The notes below the pieces were generated by a model. The model saw only the letters and a list, made by a program, of their open reading frames with translations. It had not been told where the DNA came from and made no database searches. 43,949 nt of DNA from assembly GCF_001949145.1 (NCBI RefSeq), contig NW_019091360.1, positions 3,594,864 through 3,638,812 on the forward strand. Reading direction: 5' to 3'. Position numbers and translations under genes: made by a program. The number at the start of each line of letters is the position of its first letter. The first letter of the stretch is position 1. This document shows, one piece after another, positions 10,823 through 21,700 of the stretch. The stretch is from Acanthaster planci (taxonomy: Eukaryota).

Positions 10823-11010
10823 CAGTGGTCACTTCCAGCCAGCCAGGATTTACACCGAGCCCAAAGCGCCCCCTCCCAAGTTTGTCGTCCCCTTGAACAG
10901 CGTCACAAAGAAGGAGGGAGAGACGGCTCACTTTGCTTGCAAACTGGAACCAGCGAGTGATAGCACCATGAAGGTGGAGTGGTTGCAGAACAACCGACCA
11001 GTCATCACTG
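10823..11010 (+). CDS. TTN: Exon 18 (2-1): cassette 4, Ig first half (start could be 10820, 10823 or 10826)
   Basis: Tandem acceptor gagcagcag; donor g|gtgaga; PPKFVVPLNSVTKKEGETAHFACKLEPASDSTMKVEWLQNN. Confidence 0.88.
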
Positions 11011-11678
11011 GTGAGACTTCCTTTAAACTCTCCCTCTCCCCTGATACTGAAGCACTTCAAATTCAGCTTGAACTCAATTCCATTAAACTCAGAAGCTGAA
11101 GGCTCCCTTGTATCTCACAGTATCCGCCTTGAGCAGAAGCACCCTCTCATTGGTTGAGAGAGCCACTGGATAGTAGGAAGTGTTCATTTTGTTGGTAGCG
11201 TTGCGACTCAGATGCGTGCATTTTTATAGTTGTTTTGTGAACCAGTGAAGGGTAGTTCCCAACAAGGAGCCTCTGTCGCTAGGAAAATTGTGCCCTTTCT
11301 TGGCCTTGCTCACAGCAGATTACACAAATGGAGAAAATTTTCAGAATCTTTTTTAAAGGGTGATGTGTTCATAAAAATGGGATATTTTTCATCAGATCAG
11401 CTGATTCTCTTGTTCCATACATCCTACATATTCCAATCCACATTGAAAACATTTTTAATACCAAAATGTGTGAAACTTTGAATTTTGTCATATGTTTAAC
11501 TGGCTTGTTTCATTCCACGTAAATTGAAGTTTTTTTATGGAAGGATATTGGCAAACACAGTGAGGGTGTTTTAGGTAAATGCAAAACTGATGCATGTATG
11601 GGATTACGTCATCAAGTCCCCTCTCGTCTGTATAGGGCCTAGATTGCAAACGATTTTTGGTTTGTCTTGGGTTTTCAG

Positions 11679-11822
11679 GATCAAGGATCAAAACAAAGCA
11701 TGAATTCGGCCTGTGCTCATTAAACATGAAGGGTATCTACCCTGAGGACTCCGGAACTATAGTGTGTATTGCTCAGAATGAGAGCGGAAGAGCTGAAACA
11801 AGTGGACAGCTTGTCTGCAGAG
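11679..11822 (+). CDS. TTN: Exon 19 (1-1, 144 nt): cassette 4, Ig second half
   Basis: tttcag|ga ... g|gtaagt; SRIKTKHEFGLCSLNMKGIYPEDSGTIVCIAQNESG. Confidence 0.92.
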
Positions 11823-12124
11823 GTAAGTGGAACTGGCTTGGGGACAGTTACTGTAGTGTGTACAGGTTGTTGATTAAGGTGTTGACTTTGTAAGAAACAA
11901 CACTGAAGCATTCAATGAAACCATCAATGTATTTCTACTAGCTTTGTCTGTCATGTACATCCTGGCTGCTCTAACTCCAAGGGGTCGTCATGTCCCACTT
12001 TTGAAGCAAAAATGTATTTATAGTTTACTGCATTGTTACATTTTTGAAGCTTTATTGTCAAAGTGCTGTGTTAGTAAGGGTCAGGGAAAACAATTGATGG
12101 TGTTTTTATGAATTGACTTAATAG

Positions 12125-12215
12125 CCCAGCAAGCTCTGATTCTTGACACCCAACTGCCTGAGGAGATGCGAGGAATTGAGAAGACACTGGAATACGAGGA
12201 GTACCTCAAGACAGA
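12125..12215 (+). CDS. TTN: Exon 20 (1-2): cassette 4 linker
   Basis: taatag|cc ... ga|gtaagt; QQALILDTQLPEEMRGIEKTLEYEEYLKT. Confidence 0.88.
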
Positions 12216-12532
12216 GTAAGTTGACGAATAACTGGGTAATGAAAAAACACAGGGATTGAGAAACTTTGAGGATTACTAAAACCATCAGCATGATGCTTTT
12301 GTTGTCTGGGGTCTTCGTTTCATACTTCTTGATGTAAGGATGCACTTGTTCAACATGGGTTGTGCTCCATTTGGTGACAGTTTGAAGATGGCATTCCCTG
12401 AGATGCAGTGGGCTTTACTTTGAAAAGGAAAGTTCAAGAAAGGTAGGAAGAATCGCATTTCATGTCAATCCCAAATTCCTAAGGCTTGAATAACCAGTAT
12501 TCCGTAACCCTTATGATCTTGTCATCTTTCAG

Positions 12533-12710
12533 GGGTAGGCAGCACACTGGTGGAATGGAGCAAGTTGATGCCCCATCACCACCTCAGTTTGTCACCCTCC
12601 CAGAACCCTGTGAGGTCATAGAGGGTGAACCGGCCCGGTTCACAGTCAGGCTCACCGGCAATCCGGTGCCAAGGGTCATCTGGTACAAGGATAACATCAT
12701 GCAAGCAGAT
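12533..12710 (+). CDS. TTN: Exon 21 (2-0): first half of Z/I-junction-type Ig
   Basis: tttcag|g ... gat|gtgagt; PQFVTLPEPCEVIEGEPARFTVRLTGNPVPRVIWYKD. Confidence 0.92.
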
Positions 12711-13125
12711 GTGAGTTCTTTATATTCTGTCATTTTTGTCCCTCTGATAATGTTCGAGGGGTATGTTTTAATAAAGTTTATAAATTGACAGATATCTTTA
12801 AGGAAGTTTCAAGCCTGTCTTCAGTAAAAACTGCTTTTTAATATCAAGGACAGAAAAGTTAAATTTTTTTGCGTTCTTGCATCTGATGCTCAGTGTGATG
12901 GAGAAGAATATAATACTTGATTCATCAAAATATTTCCGGATTTGTTGAATGCCTGTCAGGGGAACTTGAAGAGGCATACTGTTTCTGTTTTCTGTTTTCT
13001 AATTTCTGTAAGTTGAAAGTAACAAGTCGGTTTTTGTGTAGAAAGCTTATGGTTTTCCAAGTGCTTCTTTGATGAAAGGACGTAGGGAGATAAACTGACC
13101 AGTGAAGTGTACTATTTGAATGCAG

Positions 13126-13309
13126 GGTTCCCGTATGAAGATCTGGTTTGATGGCCTGCATTATCTGGACATCCCAAAGACCAGGCCAACAGACAGCGGC
13201 ATCTACAAGGTGGTAGGCAGGAACAAGTTTGGCATGATCTCCCATGAGACCCGACTCCATGTCTTCAGGAAGACGGACCAAGGGGTACAGCTCAAACGCA
13301 CCGGCATGG
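13126..13309 (+). CDS. TTN: Exon 22 (0-1): second half of Z/I-junction-type Ig
   Basis: atgcag|ggt ... g|gtaaga; GSRMKIWFDGLHYLDIPKTRPTDSGIYKVVGRNKFG (compare recalled titin YDGIHYLDI). Confidence 0.9.
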
Positions 13310-13818
13310 GTAAGAGGCAGGGATGAAATGAAAACAACACCGTTGAACGGTTTCTTAATGTTGGATGGACAAACATTTTAAGTGCATTTCTCTAGTCCTT
13401 AAATTTCACCACTTCTTTCTGGCAGTGGTCTTTGTCAGCTGTATACTAGGAACAATTTTAAAAATCAAAACCACATAATGCACTTAAAACGTTTATGTGC
13501 TAAGTACTCAAATTGTTATAAACTTAATCGTTTTGTTAAAACTACATACTGGTATTTATGTTGAGGCAAATATTCTTAGTAGCTCATGGTGAACAGGCAA
13601 CTGGACTTAGGCATCATGATGTAATAAGAATGGTTTTTGCATCTGACAGATTCCTAGTATGTGATGTGTCCTGCATAAACGTAGCTAATGCCTGATAAAT
13701 GATCTTGCATGAAATTCCCTGCTATAACACCAGATCGCAAGACCGTGCGCCCTCCTTAGATTTGTCCGTATCCCTGCTGACATGCAGCCTTTTTTGTCTG
13801 CTATGTTCCTATATGAAG

Positions 13819-13944
13819 AGTTCAAATCTGGCGTAGTGGTGAAACCAGAACTAAAACATGAAGAGATGTCTCCCGAACTTCAGCAAGCACTCCAAGCCAG
13901 AAAGGGACATAAGCCCGTATCAGTGATGCCTAAACAAGACAAAA
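13819..13944 (+). CDS. TTN: Exon 23 (1-1, 126 nt): unique linker, symmetric and skippable
   Basis: atgaag|ag ... a|gtaggt; EFKSGVVVKPELKHEEMSPELQQALQARKGHKPVSVMPKQDK; stop-free and phase-compatible. Confidence 0.7.
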
Positions 13945-14288
13945 GTAGGTCCTAATTCCCTTAAGATTGTGATTTCCTTACCAAAATATCATTTGAGGGG
14001 CAGAGACTTCGCTTCCACACTATTTACTGTTAGTCTTATCCTTTACAGTTAAAAACTGTTCCATCAGTTTCTGATCAAATCTTATTTTGTTGATGCCAGT
14101 TCACCTCTGAAACCCGTTTGTTGGTGCATGTACTGTAGTATGAATGGCAGGTTTTGCATTTTGGACCAATTTGTTATGCAATTGCTATAACATACCTGAT
14201 AGTAACAAGTTCATTTTTTGCATGCCCCAGTTGTTGTTTATTCACTAATTATTTTGTTTTTTCGTAATACAATTTTTATTTTTGGTAG

Positions 14289-15539
14289 CCGAGGAACAGA
14301 AGCCCATGAGTGAGCTTGAGAAACGTTTTGCAAAAATGCATGAAGAAAACAAATCAAAAGAACCTCTCAAGCCTAAACCTAAAGCCCCCCCTCCAGTCGC
14401 CTCGAAACCATCCAAGCCAACTCCTGCTGCATCTATGGAATCTCCCATTGCAAAAGACCAGAAAGCTCGCATTCATACTGACAGGGCAGAAGTCTTCCTG
14501 ATGAAGATCAAGCTTGTTGAAGATGTTGCCAAGCCTGAGCAAATTAATAAGGACCTTGCTGCTGCTCCATTGTCTTTTGACAGTACCTTGCCCTTCAGCT
14601 CAGAATCAGAAGATGAAAAGGAGGCTTTGGTTGATGAGGTTGTGAATACAGAGAAAGAGACAGGCCCTGAGCCAGTAAAATTGGAAGTTCTTGCTTACCA
14701 GCCACATCAGAAAAGCAGTTCAGAGATGTCAAGCAGTGATGAAATAGATCGTCAGTATGAAGCAAACATTACTTTCCACCCAGCAGAAACAGCCAAGGAG
14801 GGTTCATCAGGGTCCTCAAGTGATTCTGATTTTGACCATATCTATGAGAAAGCCGTGATACAGAAGGACGCACATGCAAAACCCATCCAGACAAAGATTG
14901 AAGATCTCTTCCAGCCATCTGACGAAGAGGAAGGTAAAGATGGTACCAGAGAGGGCAGTCCACCAGGTTCTTCCTCGGAAGCAGATTATTACGAAGAGCT
15001 TCACTCGGAACCAAAGAAGAAACGATCACCCTCAGCAACTTCTTCAGATGGCTACCTGACACCAGAAGATGCCAAAGCTGAAAACAAAGATAATGGAGAA
15101 TACCTGACCCCAGACTCTGCTAGAAAACATGGGAGGGAATATGGGCGATCTGAAGGATCCAGCTCATTAAGATCAAGTGATGAGGAAGAGGAGGAATCTG
15201 AGGATGAGCCAGAAGTCAGAGCCATCAATCGAGATCTGTCTCGTCGCTCGGGAAAACCCATGCCTCCAAAGATCATTGTCCCGCTTGATGACTTCACTTG
15301 TAAAGAGAGCAATGATGTCTTCTTCGAGGTGGAATTTGTCGCCTCACCGAAGCCAGAAGTGCAGTGGTACTTGGACGGTGCCCTCATTCACCATTCGGAA
15401 GAGTTTGAGGTTCTTGTCGACAACACCTGCAGCTCCTTGTTTATCCCTGAGGCTTTGCCCGACGACTCAGGGATGATCAAAGTGATGATTAAAAACAGCG
15501 AGGGAGAAGCCACTTGCTCTGCATGTCTAACTGTTGAAG
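14289..15539 (+). CDS. TTN: Exon 24 (1-1, 1251 nt): acidic Ser/Glu-rich disordered region plus I1-like Ig
   Basis: tggtag|cc ... g|gtagtg; within ORF 14282-15634; Ig PPKIIVPL...PKPEVQWY...DDSGMIKVMIKNSEGE. Confidence 0.9.
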
Positions 15540-16919
15540 GTAGTGTTTGTGATTTTGAGATTGTGATCAAAGGTGGCTCGATTCCTAACACAGATTGCTG
15601 TCATCGCACTAACATTCTTCTCATCTGTCAATAAAAAACCTCACTTCGCTGAATCTTACTTGGTCCCACGGCAAGCAAGCTGTTAGATCATGTCATGCTG
15701 ATTGAACAGGGTAAAAGCATTTCTTCCCGTCAAAATATTATCATGGAGTCGGCCATCTGTTACTCAGGATAGATTTTGCTGGGCATTTAGAATGGAGTTC
15801 GGGTTAATAGTCCTAGTTTGGCCTGCTGAATTCACAGCTTTTAAGGTTTATGCACCGCCATCTTCTGTTTTTCTTCTACAAGCACTTGAAGGCATCTTCT
15901 CAGTGTAGTTCACAAAAACTTTTCCTTCATTGCTTTGCAGTTGGTGTTTGAATGCATCATGGTTGGAGCTTGATCAGAAAATATCCATTTTCTTGCACTG
16001 GAACACAGTCATTTTTATAATAATTGAATGTTCACTCTGAAGAAAAGGACACACTTGTTTACTTCAGCAAGTGTGCACTCTTCCAATACTTTCTGAACCT
16101 CTTCTTGACTAACGAAATTCACCTTTTCCTGCAGAAACTAACAAAGTAGTTTTATTTCAGGGGTTTACATCACAGCATCTATCTCTGTCGCTTTCCTCTC
16201 CACATTACGGTGGCCTTTCCTTCCACTATGATCTTTTCTCTCCAACATTAACTCTTTTCTCTCACAGGGCGACTGTATTTGTAGTGCAGTAAAACATCAA
16301 AAATTAGCTAACAGTTTCCCTCAAACTTGTTTGCTCAGACAAACTTTGCGGTAATACTCATAAAGAACACGGATGACTCGATAGATGTTCCATGTTTTGC
16401 AAAGCACACTTCATGCCACATTTGTTCCAGCTTTATCATACTGTTACTCAAAGACAACAGTTGTAACTTCCCCTAGAATTTGGACCATATATCAGAAACA
16501 TGCTGCACACAATGTAATTATTTTGGACCAACATATTTCTTCAAACCTAATATCTAATGGTTCACCTGTTGTCTTATGGTTTCACACTTTTTGTCATTCA
16601 TTTCCTGGGCATATTTGTCATGTACACGTGCAGACATGCTGAAGTTTTAAAAGCTGACTAGTTAACATGTGCCAACGTTAATCCGGCTTCAGGTTCATTA
16701 AGCTTTTAAGGAGTGTTTTTTCATTATTATTCCTTTTGAGATGGTGTTGAATTGTTTGTTTTTACCACTGTTAATTGAACAGATGAGAAAGCTTATCAAA
16801 TAATAATTCTTTTAAATCAAGAGTAACAGTTAAAATCAAGTTGTTGGGTTAATTAATTCCTGTTTTTTTTTTTTTTTTACTGTTTTCATGGAACCATTTT
16901 TCCTTCCTCCGCCAACCAG

Positions 16920-17062
16920 AATCACACACAAGCAAGTCCACTCAGGGTCAGGCTCCTGAGTTTGTGATGCCGCCTCAGAAGACGGTGGTTCCAGCTGGGG
17001 AGCCAGCGAGGTTCACTGTCAGGGTCGCCGGTTCACCCAAACCGCGTGTGGAATGGTTCAAG
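16920..17062 (+). CDS. TTN: Exon 25 (1-0): first half of I14-like Ig
   Basis: aaccag|aa ... aag|gttagt; APEFVMPPQKTVVPAGEPARFTVRVAGSPKPRVEWFK. Confidence 0.88.
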
Positions 17063-17345
17063 GTTAGTCGTCAACTAAAGACCCAGAAAACTTGTGAAAC
17101 CACCTTGTTTCAGTGTTACAGTCAAGTCCATGACAAATGCATCTCAAGTTATCCAGTCTTAATCCAAGTCACAAGCTATTCAACCAAATTGTGACAAAAG
17201 CATTCCTGTGTCATTCTTCACCCTGTGGAAGAACTTGTGAAGGTACTTCTGTTGGACTTGTTTCTGAAAACTCAGAACTCTGTGACATTTTGATTTTTAT
17301 TTTTTTTAATGTCTGTTTGTTATCCTCTTGTTTTGCGAATTTCAG

Positions 17346-17511
17346 GCTGGCCAGAGGCTCTCCACCAATCCTCGCTTCAAGATGCTGCAAGATGAAGATG
17401 TCAATACGCTGCTTCTCCTTGAGGCCCGGCCTGAGGACTCAGGAATGTATCGCTGTGAGGTCATCAACTCAGCCGGCTCAGTCAGTCACACTGCTCATCT
17501 GATTGTAGAAC
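17346..17511 (+). CDS. TTN: Exon 26 (0-1): second half of I14-like Ig
   Basis: tttcag|gct ... c|gtgagt; RLSTNPRFKMLQDEDVNTLLLLEARPEDSGMYRCEVINSAG. Confidence 0.92.
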
Positions 17512-17886
17512 GTGAGTCCAGAAACCCAATTGCAGAATATAATACTACATTTGTACTGCAGCAGCTCTTTGATATAGGGGTTCAGGATTGTTCAGCTTGT
17601 CAAGATTTCGCAAAAGCTCCATTTTTCTTCAACACCAACCCTTCTTAATCCTTCAAAATTCACTACTGTTTGTTTGGAGGAATTTGGAGGAATGAAGAAG
17701 GTAGGATCCAACCAGTGAGTCTCTGGCACATTATAAAGAGCTGCATGTAATTGTGGCTTGGAAGTTGGACATGTTTCATTGGGTTCTTACACAGTAGCAG
17801 ACTTTGGGTTGGAAGTGGACAGGATCTAAATACAAACACCTGTTATCTGTACATAACATGAAATATAATTGATATGTACCTTACAG

Positions 17887-18015
17887 GAGGTGAAGCACCT
17901 GGTCCTGGTATGCCAGGAGGGGGCGTAGCACCTGTTATCCAAACTCCCATCAGAGACATTGAGGTGGGAGAAGGAAGCCCAGTGGAGTTTGCTTGTCAAG
18001 TATCGGGAAATCCAG
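17887..18015 (+). CDS. TTN: Exon 27 (1-1): first half of I15-like Ig
   Basis: ttacag|ga ... g|gtaatc; APVIQTPIRDIEVGEGSPVEFACQVSGNP; not in the ORF track. Confidence 0.88.
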
Positions 18016-18536
18016 GTAATCATTTCAAGGTCTTCTGAATCTTCTAAAATCTTTGTTTCACAGATGGTGAAACAAGGTTTAACTCTTGTCAATTTCATGT
18101 GTGATTGGAACTTCAAGCTTGATCTTCCCTAAGCAAGTGGGGAACAGTCTTCATATTCACTGGGAGGGGTTTGCGGGCCCAAGACTGGCTTGTATTGTAT
18201 CCACATGGTTGAGCTAACTGAGGTCTGCTCGTTGACTTAAAACATGCAAAGTTATATGCAATGTGACCAGTGGACTGACAACAGTGTGGTTTTGAGCTGC
18301 TACAAAAGATACCTGATTTTTCCTCTGCGCAGCTTCTCCCTTTGCTGTTTACTTCCCTTCTGTGACTTTTCAAATTGCCAAACACTCAAAATCCTTGTGG
18401 AGCTTGAGATTTTTTCATTATTCTGCCATTCCAGTTGTGTGCGTGTGCATGTGTACTTGAAATTGCCGTTTAGCACAAATAATGAAGTTGTGTAGCTGCT
18501 TCTTCATAGTGCTATTTTTTCCCCTGTTTTCCACAG

Positions 18537-18725
18537 CTCCATCCATCTCTTGGTATCTCAACAATGCTCTTATCAAGCCTTCCCGCTACTTCCACATGAT
18601 CTACGAAGATGGCGTGGCTCGCCTTCAGATCAACGAAGTCTTCCCAGAGGATGCCGGTGTTTATACCTGCGAGGCGACCAATTCGGCTGGCTCCGTAGCT
18701 TGCAGTGCTAGGCTGACAGTAGCAG
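18537..18725 (+). CDS. TTN: Exon 28 (1-1): second half of I15-like Ig
   Basis: ccacag|ct ... g|gtgagt; ISWYLNNALIKPSRYFHMIYEDGVARLQINEVFPEDAGVYTCEATN. Confidence 0.92.
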
Positions 18726-21700
18726 GTGAGTCTTCAGGGGAAGACTTGTAGAAGGAAACATGAGCTCCTCTAAAATGTCTGGATCACAACTGATAAGTAA
18801 TCGGGCCAGAAGTAATTTGTCATTTTTATGCATAATTGGACTCCACAAGTTGGAGAATATCTCAAAAGTGTCTTACAGTAATTTTTTTTTCTACAACAGT
18901 AAGCTATAGGAATTTGTAAGGAAAGTTTTGTCTTCATTGCGCCATTTGGCACTTCTTTTGCATGTTGTAGTCTTGCTGTTTAGTGCTCAAATAATGATGT
19001 GAAAATGTGTTATGATGAAAACTAAACTTTGTTAATTATAAAAACTATTCAAAATTATGTAATTAGAATCACATTGTGCAGTAAGACCAGTAGGTAGGAA
19101 TGATTTGAACTGAACAGATGTAGCAGATATTTACATGTAAAATCGAATCTTTAGCATTGCTAATTTGAAATTGAGTCATGGATTGAGCACTTTACAAGAG
19201 GTTAAAGATATTGCACACCGTCTTTTGGGAAAAATTGTACTGAAAGTTGTTTTGAAAAGATGATTGGATATGAAAGGCAATTGCTGTGAGACAAGCTTGA
19301 CATTTAGGTATTTGTCATGTCTGACTCTTTGTCAATCCTAAAACACACACACACACGAAATTTTTCAAGCTTTCAATTTGTAGTGATAGTGCAAGTTTGA
19401 TATTTTTAGCATAATGATGAAATCTCACTTTATATTTTTACTGAAAAACAAATGCATTTGAGTGGTATGTTTGACTCGTAGATTTCTGAACATTTTATAT
19501 TGGCGAAAACAAGAGTGTTAGATAACTTTGTCAAGCTTGGCTCATTCGAAGGGATTGTTTGTCCTGTCTGTATTCATTGACTAAAGGGCGACAGTTCAAC
19601 CTCACACTGCCAGGTATTGTGTAGCGCAGAGAAGAAAGTTACATTAGTTAGTTAGCATTGTGGTGCCGGGCAGTGTAAATCCTTCATTGGTGGAAGTTGT
19701 TTTTAACTGAGAAAAAGGAGATGCTGGCTGCATTCATTTTGAGTTTCCGTCTTTGGCTACGGATGGTCAGAGCAGTGTGTTGATGACATGTGCTGTAGCC
19801 ATTGCCAAGAAGGCTTGATTGGGACTTGCTGGTCTTCCTATTAATTGGGAAGGCTGGATGGTGTTGAGCATTTGGCTAGCTTGGTGACTGTATTTTAATA
19901 CATGTTCACGGCAGCGTTGGCGTGATTGGTGTCAGTGGCATTTTAATAGATGCTAAAAAATTAGGGCATCAAGACCAAACCCAAGATTAGTGATCCCATC
20001 CTACCACTCACTCTCCAAAGGCCAGGATCGATTACCAACCATTTGGTGACCTCTGATTGATTTCACTGGTATTAAAACAATGCAAAAACTATAGCCAGCT
20101 TACCAAGTGAAATTGACCAATAGTTGACAAATGGCTGCTAATTGAACATGGCCCAGGTTGTTAGTTCATACTTGTAATTAAGATTTATATTATGAATGAC
20201 AAAAAGCCAACAGAGTATTCAAAAATGTCAAGTAGGCTTTATGACCTGGTTTTTGTAATTCTGAATAAGTTAACTGCCTAGATACAATCGTCGTTTGCTT
20301 TCAAATGAACTGCTACCTCAGAATGTTACCGACTTTACTGCTCTCTTCTGATAAGGTCTTAATTACTGATTAGTAACCCCCAGAGAATGACAGCTGTGCA
20401 CTTAGCCAAATGTGTCTGTAGTTGTTATGCAACCTGTCAGTGTCATTGTCATGTCATTTATTCTCTTTATTGTTAAAAGTCTTTGCTTTAATGACTATTA
20501 GTTGTATCCAAAGTATCACCAGCCAAGCTGCATCTTAGTTCTCAGTATGCAAAATACATGTGTTTCAAACTTGCTGATAAATTTTTTGAATTATTTCAAA
20601 TATTTAGTCATTTCATTACACAATTTCATTACCAAAGTCAACGGTGCTGTTTATTTCACGAGCATCGTGGAAACGGTGCAAGCAAATATACATTCAAGTG
20701 CTAAATTTGGTAAATCATTCTAGATATCTAAACTTGATTTTTAATTATGCAAAGCTGCTTTCATTGTCAGTGCACATGAATTCAATATCGTGCAAATAGA
20801 AACCTATGAAATTCAAACCTCCAAAATTTTACCCCAAAAGCACCAAAAATGTTTGAAGTGAGCATGTATGTGACTTTTACCTTTGAGTTTTCTAGTTTGA
20901 AGCGTGAAGCACACATAGAGTGAGGCAATATAAATTTTTCTAAAGCATGTAATCTTTTATGAGCAACAAACAAATATATGCACAGGATATTTAGCACTAA
21001 GTTTTATAAAGTTTTGCCGCAATATTTAAGGAACAGAAGGTTTCTTGCATAAGTTTTTTGGTCTGAAATGCATTTTCTTAGCCACTCCATTACTGAAGCT
21101 TGGTTGTAAAACAAATTTACTAGTTTCTCGAAAAGTCACCTTAAACTTTTTGACCAGCTTAGGGTATTCTTGCAAGGAAATCAAAGATTGTTTTAAGACA
21201 AACAGAGAGATTCTAGTTTATGAGAAAGTAGTTGTTAACTTTTTGGTTTTTTTGTTTGAAGGTGTGTGTTTGCAAAAAAATTGCCAAACTTTTTATGGTA
21301 TGCTGTTTTAGAAGTGCAGTGTTTTCTGACAGGAAAATAGATTTTTGTGCTTAGATTCTTCAATTTCATTTTTTGTTTTGATTTGGAAATGTGCTTCCTT
21401 AGTCTTTCAGTTCTGAAATTTTTATTTAATGCAATAATTTTTCTTTTATGTGTATTGCAACCTAAATGATGGGATTTAAATTTTTGTCGAAAACAGGCTG
21501 ATTCGAAAATGATGAGATTTATACCAATCTGTACCTTACTTCATTGTAGGAACAGTCCCATATAATCTTGCATCTCTCGGCTGGTGGTAGCCTGTCATTT
21601 AGATCATGAAATGTACAATGACTCAATTTGATGGAATACGTGTGGTTCTCAATTTGGAGACCTCAGATGTTGTAGCAACCAGGTGTTATCAATTTAACAA

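Noticed and set aside
17641..17700. Imperfect hairpin cttcttaatccttcaaaattc / gaatttggaggaatgaagaag as a possible pre-miRNA
   Set aside because: Similar ggaggattt-type tracts occur near 3405, 3522 and 10270, which suggests a decayed dispersed repeat; no evidence for a miRNA.
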